Assembly (NCBI GenBank): GCA_020891255.1
Contig: BQFW01000005.1
Coordinates: 1,846,512 to 1,910,511 of the forward strand
Reading direction: 5' to 3'
Source of the DNA: Entomortierella parvispora E1425
Taxonomy: Eukaryota > Fungi > Mortierellomycota
DNA length: 64,000 bases
A program made the translations under genes and the position numbers. This document shows, piece after piece, positions 38,395 through 49,499 of the stretch; position 1 is the first letter of the stretch; each line of letters begins with the position of its first letter. The notes below the pieces were generated by a model. The model was given only the letters and a program-made list of their open reading frames with translations, had not been told where the DNA came from and ran no database searches.

Positions 38395-38580
38395 CGGCGT
38401 GAAAGCCATATTTTTTACATGTGCTAGAACCAGTCTGTAGAAAAGACCGCTCTATGTGAGCCATTGTACATGGTGTGAAAGACCATATTTTTTACATGTG
38501 CTAGAACCAGTCTGTAGAAAAGACCGCTCTATATGAGACATTGTACATGGTGTGAAAGCCATATTTTTTACATGCCCTGG
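38395..38580. repeat. 76/77-bp tandem repeat (about 2.3 units), Helitron subterminal
   Basis: Units start at 38401, 38477 and 38554; each full unit has TTTTTTACATGTGCTAGAACC...AAAAGACCGCT, matching 59929-59968. Confidence 0.9.
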
Positions 38581-41350
38581 AAGTAGGGTGAGGTTTTACG
38601 TACAAAACAGTACAGTGTAAGTCGCACATTAGACCGAATTTCGGTCCATTGTGCGACTTTGCCAGTCTGTTCTTCGAAAATCAATTCAATGGTGACATTT
38701 GGCGGAGGCGATATGTGCCAATAAAGTCAAATCACCTTGCCAATCATCTTTGGAGCCCATTTCGAGAGAACGTATGAAAGGACACGGTGCCATTCCCGGT
38801 TGTAGGCTACACAGAACAAGGGAACATCCCGAGTGGCCTGTCTTGGATTAGCAAACAACCCACTGCAAGCCAAGCTGTTCAAGTCCACGGACCACGTCAT
38901 GAAGATTTGTGGCTCTCCCAATTTCTCCAAAAGGGCCCGGAGTCTCTTTCCCAGATTGACCTTGTACGCAGGGCTCGTCCTGACAATCTGGGGGATGGCC
39001 ATCGTGTCCTTCTTGCGCTGGCCCCAAGCTAAAGAGAGCCGATATAAAAAAAAAGATGTCAATTTTTAAAAAGTCATCCCGCCTTTTCTTACACAAGCGA
39101 ACAAAAGAAAAAAAATGCCTTGACTCCTTACCCATTCTGAGATCTCCGGCAGTGGTAGCCCGCCCTTGCCGCTTTGGATAGACGGTCCGCATCCTGTATC
39201 CATAGACTGTATTTTTGATGGCCCAACCCTCCATAAAGCAAACAAACCGCGCGTTGGAGGCAAAAAGTCGATCAAAGTGGAGAAACCTGTACTTTGTATA
39301 CACCTTGATACTGAATTGCTGTGCTTTCCCCGGTCGCTCATTTTTTCATACTCCACGTCTATATCCACATCAGAATCTTCGTCGTCATCGTCGCCAGGGT
39401 CGTCGTCGTCGTCGTCATCTCCGTCAGGGTCACTGTTGATGCTGACGTCCCCGCCCTGGTGTGGATCCAGGCCAAGACTGTCAACGTCCAATGGTTCAAA
39501 GTCAAAGGGTTCAAATTCTGGAAGCTCCTCTGCGCCAGCGTCTACGACTTCTTGCTCCCCTTCTGGTTCCATTGGAATGTCTTCTCCCTGCACAGCCTCT
39601 GGTGCCTGTCGCAGGTTTGTCTTGTAATGCTCCAACTTGAAGTCACCATGCCTATATGGAAAGAGATCGGGAAAGAGATTGAGCATCAGCGTGGGGCTCT
39701 TGAAGGTCACTCCTGTGTCATCCTCTACATTCACGCCTACGACCAAGTTCTCCATCTGGGCGTCCGCAGCCCTAGGACCTGGGTCCATGCCTGCACAAAA
39801 CACTCCTGGGAAATTCAGTTGGCCCGGATGCTCGGCCTGCCCAGTCCCAATGTTCACAAGGGCCTCCCCAATTTGCTCCGGCATGGCTGGTACTGGCGGA
39901 CAATTCAGCCACTCTGGATTATGGACATGGAGCCAGTTCCACGCCCTGATGATGCGGTTCCGGTCGGCGGGAGGTACTGTCGCATCCTGAACGAACGAGG
40001 TCATGCCCGCATTGGAGGAGATAACCTTGATCGGTAGATCGAAACGTGTCCACTGACGCATGGAAAAGACAGGGACTGACCAGGGATGGAGACCCGACAT
40101 AGGTATCGAAAATCGCTCCAGTACAGTCCTCTGAGCGCCACTGGAACGTTTTCCAAGACAACGTTGCCATGCTGATCCACCCGTCTCAGAGGATTTCCCC
40201 AGTTCTCATTGACAAAGGCCATCTAGATTGAAACATGCAGACTGTTAATATGAGGGAAAGGGGGGGTTTTTTTTTTTTTAAAAAAAAAAAAAGGACGAGA
40301 AACACATACCCCTTCCAATGATTTGTTGGACAGATGCTGGTGAGACTTGCACGCCGTGAGGTTATTTCTTTTCTTTGTTGGTTCGACACCGTATTGCAAA
40401 CAGGGCCATTGAACAGCGTCGAGTTCAAAGGCAGGGTCCAGTTGCAGTGCTTCTGCCACAATCAGGGGCACCGTCTCTTCCCGAAAAAGGATCCGGCAGC
40501 ACACGCAGCAAAAATATTCAGGGGGACGATGAGCATTCTCTAGGCTGCTCCTGTATGTCATCGGATGGAGGACAGGCGGTGGCTGGGCTGGCAGTGCCCG
40601 TCGTCGGCGTTGGCGTCGTTGTTGTGGCGGCGTTGACGGTCCTTGTCCAACCATGGCCGATGCGTTCTCCTCATTGGCGCTGCCATTGTCATTGCCATCG
40701 TCTTCTGCTTACTGGGCGCCGACATCAAGCCCGTCGAGGGCGCTGGAGACTCTCTGGGGTCCTCAATGGACAGTGCTGATCCAAGCCTTTCCAGCTGCTC
40801 CATACTGGAGTCGCCCCTGCTAGGATGTCTACATTCATAAAGGCAATGGAGTCGGCTGTTGAGTTCACGGCAGCATTTCCCAAAGTCACTCCACATGAAA
40901 CAACCCACTTACCGCTGGCGCGATGCAGATGCAGACGAACTCGAGCGGAAAGGACCATGACCACTGCTACGACTCTGTGACAATCGTCCCTGCAATAATG
41001 GCAACTCTGATACGTCCTCATTGTCGTCGACGCCTGCAGCTCTTTTAGAAAATGTCAATAGGCATCGCGCAAAGGCATGGACCATCCATTAATGACAACA
41101 CGAGTAATACCCAACTGAACCATATGATTGGCTCAATGGCCACTTGTGTACCTTCTTTATTCTGTCATGTTGTGCTCGAGTCAAAAGGAACGATAGAAGG
41201 GTACAATGGTCGACCATACAAAGAACAGGGCAAAGGTGAGGAGCATCGCATTGGGCCAACATTGAGCCTCTTTGACTTTATTTTTGCGAAAAATAATTCG
41301 GTGACGTCAGAAGGTCCAGTTTTTTTTGCTCGTCATCACAGGGGGCCAGC
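38400..41350 (-). mobile_element. Internally deleted Helitron (5' end + Rep N-half + 3' subterminal repeats)
   Basis: YFCCVCCRILFREE, MAFVNENWGNP, IIRAWNWLHVHNP, LFPDLFPYRHG, IVRTSPAYKVNL...EPQIFMTW...DVPLFCVAYNREW; coding similarity stops just before the HUH motif. Confidence 0.88.
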
Positions 41351-41615
41351 CCCAAGGCCAACATAATTTTGTCTTGTGTGGATCGCGCCAAAATTCATCC
41401 GAGCCCCCATCAGCAGCTCGTGCAGGACATGATCAGCGGCAAAATCAAGGTGGGAGATGTCATTGATTTCTGTGGACACTATATGATTGACGAATATGAG
41501 GTTCAGGGCCGTGGGTTCACCCACAAGTTTGTTCTCGATGTTCCCGCCAGGATCATTCCCCACGCACCCTCGTTCGAGAACTTGCCGGTCTCCCGAGCTT
41601 TTGGACAGATGGTTC
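41350..41615 (+). pseudogene. Possible OB-fold / SSB-like coding fragment
   Basis: KANIILSCVDRAK...GKIKVGDVIDFCGHYMIDEYEVQGRGFTHKFVLDV follows the SSB-like pattern (strand-helix-KGxxVxxxG-xxxY-G-strand); no ATG; judged by eye. Confidence 0.3.
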
Positions 41616-42417
41616 GTATTTGCTGCTCTTTTTTTTTTCTCATTGCTCTTGCTACATGTACAACTGAGAAAGGGGAGTTCACCCTACATAACAACTTATC
41701 TTGCCCGGTGTCCGAAACGCCCGAAGATGCATCAACACCCACTTTGATCAGGACCGCCCAACAACAGCAGGCCTCTCACGCCAGAGACTGGGCGTATGCT
41801 CTCTCTGCCCAACCTTCACGGCAACCGTCTTTTGACTTTCAACAAGATCGCCCATCCAGGCGTACGGAGAACCCTCGATTCAATTATGAAGAAGAGGTCG
41901 GGTGGGACACGCCTGTCTTGGGACGTCGTCAGGTAATTCATCCTTTCTTCTCATTTAAATATCTTTTCATGGGCACGACCCCGGAACAGTAGATCCTGTC
42001 AATGAAGGCAAAAAAAAAAAAAGTTAGGTATAGCTGAGAGATGATAACGATCGCACAAAGGATAACCATAGTCGGAGGGCCATCCGGAGAGTAGGCATTG
42101 GCGCGGGAGAATAATAGTCGATATTGATCGATAAAGGTCGGAGCTAGGTCACAACCCAATCGATGCGGGCACAGGTCCTAGGTCCGAGATCCTAGAGCAA
42201 GGGTGTGAGAGACGCGTAACTAGTCCGATCTGAACCCATTGCACAGGCTTGGTCGCGGATCTAACGTGCGCGCGTCAAATGCGGAAGGATGCAGTGATGA
42301 TAGGAGGTTTTAAGAGCTGTCGGGCTTACACGTGGAGTGACAACGTCCCATGACTGATTTTTATTTCGCTTGAAGGCCAGATATTGCCCACGCTCGTTGC
42401 GTATCATTCTCAGTGCA

Positions 42418-44568
42418 CTATGGCGAGGAATGGAGAAGATCAAGAGGCAGCTCTCCTTCTGATTCGGCTAACAACTTGACTCCGAATCGTTGCAGTCTGG
42501 CTTTCCTCTGGGTTTTCTTCCTTTCGAGATGATATCTTTCCATGAGGTTAGATACAGTGGCCTAAATGGAAGACAAAGCGGTAATGTTCAGACACTAGGA
42601 ATTAAATATATGCAAAAATAAAATAAAAGCATGCAGTGAATGCGAATACCACTTACCCTGAAGGTGAGAAGAGTATAGATCGCGGACAGGCTCATACCAA
42701 GCATATCCACGGAAGATTCCAATCGACCAGCTTCTCCCCGTTTGAAGCGAGTGACGTTAACCCCTCCACAGCCCCAACACAAGCACAATAGCTGAATGAC
42801 TGGACCTACATAGAGAGATCATATGACTTAGAAGTCTTATAGATTAAAAGATCAGCAACAGGACTACGAGTTTGCCGTTCTGATTACCTCCCATTACTAG
42901 ACCAGGCACTGCAATAGTCCTCAGTGGATCAACATTTCCGAGCTCACGAGTGCGGTGGATAAGGATATCATGCAGCTGTCGAGGCAATTTCGTGGTGCTC
43001 TCAATTATGTATTTGTCCTTGTATGCATTCCATGCCTTAGCAGCCTCAACCACAGCCCAGTCTCGTTGGGGCTCGTCGAATGACCTCCAAAATAAGTCAC
43101 CTTTCTTTCCAATACGTGCTCGTCCATTGCTTGGACCTTTGTTAGCCTGAATGCGGTTTTGTCTTTTCTTTGCTCTCCACGCCTGCCATATCTCCAGGGA
43201 GCATTTTGCAGTTAACATGTCCCATCGCCAACTTCGATGCAACGCCCCATGCTTCACGTTGCCAAAAAGCTTCTGAGAGACGTTCTGCAATCAAGAATGG
43301 CGAAGGGTCATCTGAGTAGATAAAGAGCCTGGAGAAAGATAGTAATAGTCGATTAAAAGCAATTTCGCGACTTGGAAGTTAAAACAAATCATAGAACAAA
43401 TTCGGCATACCAGTCTTCAAGGCATCGGTGGACAAGCCTCTCCTCCAAACCTTCAGGTCGTACACAAAGGGCTTTCTCAAGTCCTACAAGGGTATCCACA
43501 TCTGCAAATGACTCAATATACCCGGAGGTTCCAGCAGATATCGTCGCCTCCGGCCATCCTTCACATATTTCCTTCCACTCTTCAGCAGCAAATTTACTCG
43601 CAAGCCATTTGTCGTCACAATCGATCATGAACGAATGCACAGGGCTAGAAATTTTCAAAAAGAGGGACCACTGTCAGCAACAGTCGGCAGAGAGTGATAA
43701 CGGCTTCCAAATGACTCTTACTTGTAGTATTCACAGGTCATTCCTATATCAAAGAGTAGGTCCTCGACAAATTTTCCTGACAAAAGCTCCCATTTTCTAC
43801 CAAGGGATTCATACCGCTTCTGGAAAGATGCCTTGGCTTTCGCATTGAAGGTCTAACATGGAATGGACAATTGCTATCGCATGTTAAGAAATGCGCAGAC
43901 CTCTCCATCCTTTCATCCATGACACTTACACGACATTTCATGGTCTTTTGCTTCTTCCGAGAACAGAACGGGCTTTCTCTATCATCAATGCCCTTGGCAA
44001 TATTGTCCTCGTCGTCAGCATCACTGTTCGCATCTGCAACTTGGTCACTGTACGCCTGCCCACCAAGTTGGTCCAAATGTGAAAGGTCATCTGGATCATA
44101 CAAGTCAGTCGTCGTATACCCACCGCCATCGTTGTCGCTGCTTCCAACCGTCTCCTCCCTATCCTCCCTATCGCTCTCATTGATGTCAAGGTCAACTACA
44201 TATTCTTCCGGATTTTTGTCGCTATCGAGTCCATCAATAAAACGCTGGTATTCGGCTTGTGCCTGTTTTGCACCTGACTTTTGAACAGCAGCTGCAGTCT
44301 GTTTGGTGGTGATATTGGTAGTGATTTCGAGAATATATTCAGACCAGAATGACTCCTCTTGATTTCGTCGGAATTCCTTGAACAGTTTCCGTAGATTGGT
44401 TCGGCGACTTTGTCGAAGATTGTTCGAGTTGATGAGCTTTAAAAAAGAGCTATTCGCACTCTCCTTTTCGGCAAAACCAAACTTTCGCACGAAATTTGGC
44501 AATAGAACATGCTCCTTTCCTGGTTGCTTGTCTTGTGCCCAGGCGAGGTGACTCGGGGGAAGACTCAT
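42418..44568 (-). CDS. Uncharacterised multi-exon protein of an expanded Mucoromycota family, with a possible PD-(D/E)xK-like C-terminus
   Basis: Spliceable open exons: acidic linker; KWELLSGKFVEDLLF; HSFMID...EEWKEI; RIGKKGDLFW...WAVVEAAK...KLPRQLHDIL; last exon ends LLHSSP* (42418-42420). Confidence 0.65.
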
Positions 44569-44685
44569 ATCTAATATGTGGACTCGCGAAAGACAATAGA
44601 TACATTAGACAACAGTACCACTAGGTTGAAACAGTTCGACAGTCAGTGTTAAGGCAGAGGGTATGGCTACGAAACCCTCATTACA

Positions 44686-44930
44686 TATTTGTCGCAACCA
44701 ACTAATGGCTGGGCAGAGCCCGAAGTATATCTGCTGCAGCTCAAGAAGCCGGGTTACATCTGACAAAATGTCCTGCCATTGTCCACACATTGCACCAACA
44801 GAACGACACATAAAGTGATATGTCCATGAAATCAATTCGAAGGGCCACCTCATCGCAACCAGCTAATGGCTGGGCAGAGCCCGAAGTATATCCACTGCAG
44901 CTCAAGAAGCCGGGTCACACTTGACAAGAT
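44686..44930 (-). repeat. Local duplication of about 80 bp encoding ILSxVTRLLELQxIYFGLCPAISWLR (LRR-like fragment)
   Basis: CGCAACCA.CTAATGGCTGGGCAGAGCCCGAAGTATATC occurs at about 44693 and about 44853. Confidence 0.6.
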
Positions 44931-44992
44931 GTTTCTGCATGGAAGTAAGAGAATGAAAGTACTTACATGTAAGGAATGAACAGAAACCAGGT

Positions 44993-45118
44993 AACAAGAA
45001 GAGTAGATGAAAGTGAGGAATAACACCAGGTAACAAGAAGAGTAGATGAAAGTGAGGAATAACAAGAAGAGTAGATGAAAGTGAGGAATAACAAGAAGAG
45101 TAGATGAAAGTGAGGAAT
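44993..45118. repeat. 29-bp minisatellite (AACAAGAAGAGTAGATGAAAGTGAGGAAT)x4
   Basis: Copies at 44993, 45032, 45061 and 45090; one 10-nt interruption. Confidence 0.95.
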
Positions 45119-45179
45119 AACAATCAATTGTGCTGTGAGGGAAGAAAAAAGAAAGCTAGGATTGTCCTGGAACCAGAAA

Positions 45180-45560
45180 AAAAAAATGACGTCACCGAAT
45201 TATTTCGTAGCGATGTCGATGCGGACAAGCTTATCCTCAGGTCTGTCTCGATTCCTGTCTCTCCTTCATCAACAATATGCCGAGGACGACAAGAAGAAAC
45301 TCAAGGCGACCACTAAGCTTTCCTAGGTCTTCAACACGGACTTGCCCGAAGACACTATTCACATCATTGTCCAACGACCACAGCCTTGCTTGACATTTAA
45401 TTGCAAGGATGGTTGTGGCCATTGTCTCTAACTTTGATTTTCACGTGTACTCACCCCGGCATAGTTCAAGCTCCTCTCGCTGTCCCTGCCCCGGTCCGTG
45501 CACGCAGCTCCACCCCATTCTCGGATGCATCTCGTCCTGGCACGCCATTGTCTGGTGAGT
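45180..45560 (+). pseudogene. Crinkler (CRN)-like N-terminal ubiquitin-like domain, pseudogene
   Basis: SDVDADKLILRSVSIPV, then after a frameshift KKKLKATTKLS*VFNTDLPEDTIHIIVQRP and the linker ARSSTPFSDASRPGTPLSG; in-frame stop present. Confidence 0.72.
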
Positions 45561-45579
45561 CTGCCGAAACTGCTAAAAA

Positions 45580-45890
45580 AAACCACCCAAACGCGTCCAA
45601 CGCGTCCACGGCGATTCCTCTGGGTGAAAACTTAAGGGGTGCCCATTTCTCAACAGAGTCGACTTCATACACATCTGCCCATCAGGGCAAATAAAATCAC
45701 ATGCATCTCCATTGCTCCTGCCATTTACGAGGAAAAGTTCTACAACTTGCACCATACATCCTCCTCGATGGCATCCATTCAAAAAAGCTAGAGGGAAGTC
45801 GATTAAATCATTACTCGTCGAGCTATGATCCATGAAAAAGAAAAAAAGTTTATTTTTGCATGGGTCCAGCACAGTCAGTTATGGGATCCG
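45580..45890 (-). mobile_element. Isolated copy of the Helitron 3' subterminal unit
   Basis: CCACCCAAACGCGTCCAACGCGTCC...CTTAAGGGGTGCCCATTTCTC...CATGGGTCCAGCACAGTCAGTTA aligns colinearly with 59383-59685. Confidence 0.85.
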
Positions 45891-46400
45891 AGCACTGTAG
45901 AGAGCTCAATTCTTGCGGTAGAACCTCGCAATGACCGGAATCGTCCTGATTCGCAGGCGCTGGCTTGTACTGTACAGTGGGTTTGGCCAATAAGTGTTGA
46001 TGGTCTCGTGTGTCAGACAAGCCGTCAGCATATTGTTCTAGTGACCTAAGGAGGTCCCACTTTGCAACTTAGTTGCTGTCGTCGCTTCCTGCCGCCTCCT
46101 TTTTAGCCTCCAACGCAGGGGCAGGCACAGGGACGGCGCCTCCTTTCTTTGGCGCCTTGGGAGGGTGTCCTCTGGCCCCCGAGCCTTTTTTTGCTTCGTT
46201 TCCCGGGCGCTTTCTAAGCCAATTTTCACAAAAGATGTTTGCACTTTAGCTCAACCGTTCATTCTTCCAAACCGCGGTGGTTATTTGAAGTAAAAGAACC
46301 GGCAATCTAACAAGATGTGGCCTGTGCCTCCACCTCTGAATCCGACGATGAGGACGACGAGGACTAGTAAGTAGAAAGACACGGTAGACGTCAGAACATA

Positions 46401-47177
46401 GGGACGTGCCTGTTTGTCGTCCAGTCCTTAGCTGTCGTCCGATGCTCGTATTTGTCGTCCGTTTTCCAAGCTGACATCCGGTTTGTCGTCCGGCTTATCT
46501 TCTTTCCAACGACCGACCAATCATCCCCAATTCTCGCCAGCGTGATCAAAAAAATCGCGACATCGGGAATGGTCTATTTGTCGGCCCATCCGACAGTTCT
46601 TATTTACCGTCTACATGTGCGCGTTCCCTCTGTGAGAAACTTTGCCATAAACACTGAACCCTGAGCCTTGATGCGAGAACTGGGGCCCTGGGCGACAAAT
46701 AGAAACTTCCATTTGTCCATACCCTTTGTTCCCACCACCCAGAAAAAGGTGAAAATAAACAAAGAGCAACGCCCTCGCCCTCAAAAAAAAGGCGTAAAGA
46801 TGAACACAAAGTCACAACCTTGGGACCCCAGTTCACGCAGCAAGGTCCAGGGGTGAGTGTTCATGGCAAAGTTTCTCGCAGAGGGAACGCGCACATCTCG
46901 ACGGCAAATATGAGTTGTCGGGCGGACCGACAAATAGACGTGTCTGAACGCGCACATGTAGACGGTAAATAAGAACTGTCGGATGGGCCGACAAATAGAC
47001 CATTCCCGATGTCGCGATTTTTTTGATCACGCTGGCGAGAATTGGGGATGATTGGTCGGTCGTTGGAAAGAAGATAAGCCGGACGACAAACCGGATGTCA
47101 GCTTGGAAAACGGACGACAAATACGAGCATCGGACGACAGCTAAGGACTGGACGACAAACAGGCACGTCCCCATCCC
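46401..47177. mobile_element. Foldback/MITE with about 225-bp perfect terminal inverted repeats
   Basis: 46401-46627 is the reverse complement of 46946-47171; imperfect IR continues inward; internal TTTGTCGTCC subrepeats; possible TA flanks if the right end is 47177. Confidence 0.9.
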
Positions 47178-47340
47178 TATTCTTTCGACTCTACGCCCAA
47201 ACCCTATTTCTTCACATATATAAGGGTATACAAGGGTATGCCCTCCCGAAGTAACGAACTTAACCATAAACACCTTTTTCCTCAGAGCCCCTTCTTCCCT
47301 TGTTATCATTGCGATCTCTGCGTTATACCGATTCTCAATA

Positions 47341-47697
47341 ATGGATGGTCAAACGTTGCGAGATTTATCTTTGAGACTTGCTTCCAATTATATGACAGTC
47401 ATTCTTCCGGAGGATATCTCCCTGGCGAAGGAAATACGCGCAACACCTGGTGATTGGTTCATGACAATAACGAAGCGACTGAAGGTGGAAAAGGACTGGG
47501 TGGGATTGTATGGCATCTTAAGGTTACCAGCCCTTCAACGACATGAACGAGATCCTCTCACCATAAACGGCCTATTGCTTCTCATGCTCGTCGCGGATGA
47601 ACAACGTCTCAAGAAACAGGTGTATGAGTTTTTAAGGAGTGCCAATCTTCCACCCATCAACGCATTGCTTGAGGAGCACTGCCCAAATGGGTTTTAA
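47341..47697 (+). CDS. Hypothetical protein (118 aa)
   Basis: ATG-initiated, single exon, protein-like composition; no motif recognised. Confidence 0.3.
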   Translation: MDGQTLRDLSLRLASNYMTVILPEDISLAKEIRATPGDWFMTITKRLKVEKDWVGLYGILRLPALQRHERDPLTINGLLLLMLVADEQRLKKQVYEFLRSANLPPINALLEEHCPNGF

Positions 47698-48084
47698 CAG
47701 TGTATGTATTGTCCGTTTCAATTTTTTTGGAATAAACTTAATCAAAAATCAAGGATAAAGCATAAAGGTCACTTTTTTTCGGGATAATCAAAATAATTTC
47801 TGAGAAGTTGATTTTAAACTGCGACGCGACTGCCTATTGGCAATTGACGGCACCACAGGGTACACCCTGTTTTTTTGGCAGCCACGCGGGAGTTTTCATA
47901 CTAGATGACTCACTGACTCATGACAGCCTAAAGCAGGTTCTAAAATGATGATTTTGACATTTTTTTTTCTGTCAAAATCATCATTTTAGAGGTGCGGATG
48001 GCTTGTGTTTGTTATCTAAATTTTTTGTGGCTGCTGGGGATCAAAAGAGGTGATTTTTCTTTCTTTTCGTCCTTCTCCACGCCC

Positions 48085-48591
48085 ATGACAGGCTCTAACG
48101 ACTTACGTTGGCGTGCAGTTATCCTCTACGAATTTGAAGACTTTCCGATTGAGATTGTTACTTCTCTCCTTGACGTATCTGTGTCTTCCATCTTCCGTTG
48201 GACTCGTAAGTGCAGCTGCAGTTTGTTTGAAAAATGTAGACACTTTCTAAGTTTCTAGTTTTTTGTAGGCTACTTCAAGAAATATGGCGATGTGGCTCCT
48301 GTCGTCAGTGGGCCAGTAGACCCTAGGGCCCGTTGGCCGCGAGAGGTGATTGATCATGTCAAATTATATGCAACTGTGCACCCAGGTTTCTATCTCGAAG
48401 AGTTGAAAAGCGAGCTGGAGGAGACATTTCCGGAACTACTCAATGTCTCGCTCTCTACCATTTGTCGTGCTCTTCGACATGACTGTAATCTTTCGTTGAA
48501 GAAGCTGGAGCGGCGATCTCGACGAGCAATCCCCCAAGAAATTGAGGACTTCAAGTATAGATTTCGTCCATTCTACACGTACCCGCACCAG
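48085..48591 (+). mobile_element. IS630/Tc1-mariner-like transposase N-terminus (HTH), truncated before the DDE domain
   Basis: MTGSNDLRWRAV...VSVSSIFRWT|intron|YFKKYG...FYLEELK...VSLSTICRAL...SLKKL...FYTYPHQ; ends where the first catalytic Asp motif is expected. Confidence 0.8.
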
Positions 48592-49205
48592 TGTCACGAA
48601 CCGTCAGATATCAGCCGCGACCTGTCACGTGCCGCGCTGGGTACCAATTGGTCACTCCATTCCACCCATTGTCGGAACGCGTCTTGCTTGATATAGGTTC
48701 CGAACCTAGGATCTAGGGTCAAACCCATTGGAGTCCCCCAGGGTCTAGACCTCGGATGTTCTATCTATCATTGGTATATATCCGTCGGCTACACCCATTT
48801 GGACCTCCATCTGTGCCGGATCAGGCCTCTGACCCTTAATGTTTTTAGTTGACGAAGATATATCAGCGCTTCCAGAGCTCTCTCATTAAAACAGATCTCT
48901 TCCGTCTCGTCATTACTTGTACCCATACTTACTCACGTTGACGGGGACCCCCTGCCCCGCACACCATCTCCTCCTTCATCACCGTTGTCGCCATCTACGA
49001 CCCAACTCATAGGTCGAGCTTATGATTATACTTCCCGGCGCCCTCCCTAACACAAAGCAGACTGGGTCCACGCCAACACCCCTCTCTAGTATATAAAGCC
49101 CCTTGATTCATAGCTGTATTCCCCAGTCTGCAATTCACAATTCCCAATTCCCAATAAACCATACCTTCCCTCTTTCTCTTGTTCCTGCCTTGTCTGACCG
49201 TGACA
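48592..49205 (+). mobile_element. LTR (solo or orphan), 614 bp
   Basis: TGTCACG...CGTGACA perfect terminal IR; TATATAAA at about 49091; AATAAA at 49153; 5-bp flanks ACCAG / TTGCA do not match. Confidence 0.75.
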
Positions 49206-49499
49206 TTGCAGACTCTACACATCCTGTTTCCTTGTTCCTCCTCTTCCAGACACATCCCCCCTTCTCGCTGCTCCCATTTGCAGCAACCCCCTTTTAGTAA
49301 TAGTCCACCTGTCCCAGGGTTACTGTCCGCAATCCACCGTCCGGGGTCATTCGCGTTGATGAAGTAAACTGGTCGACTTCTTGTTTCTCCACCGTTTTTC
49401 TTCTTGCCTATTTCCTGCCCCTCTTGGCCCGCAAATTTTACATTGCTCGCGCACAGGAAATCTTTAAAAAAGCTTATTTCTCCACATTTCTGATACCTA

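Noticed and set aside
44993-45118. 29-bp direct repeats as CRISPR
   Set aside because: Head-to-tail copies with no unique spacers
46038-46370. Lys/Ala/Pro-rich (minus) and acidic SDDEDDED* (plus) mini-frames
   Set aside because: Low-complexity, no start, no supporting exons
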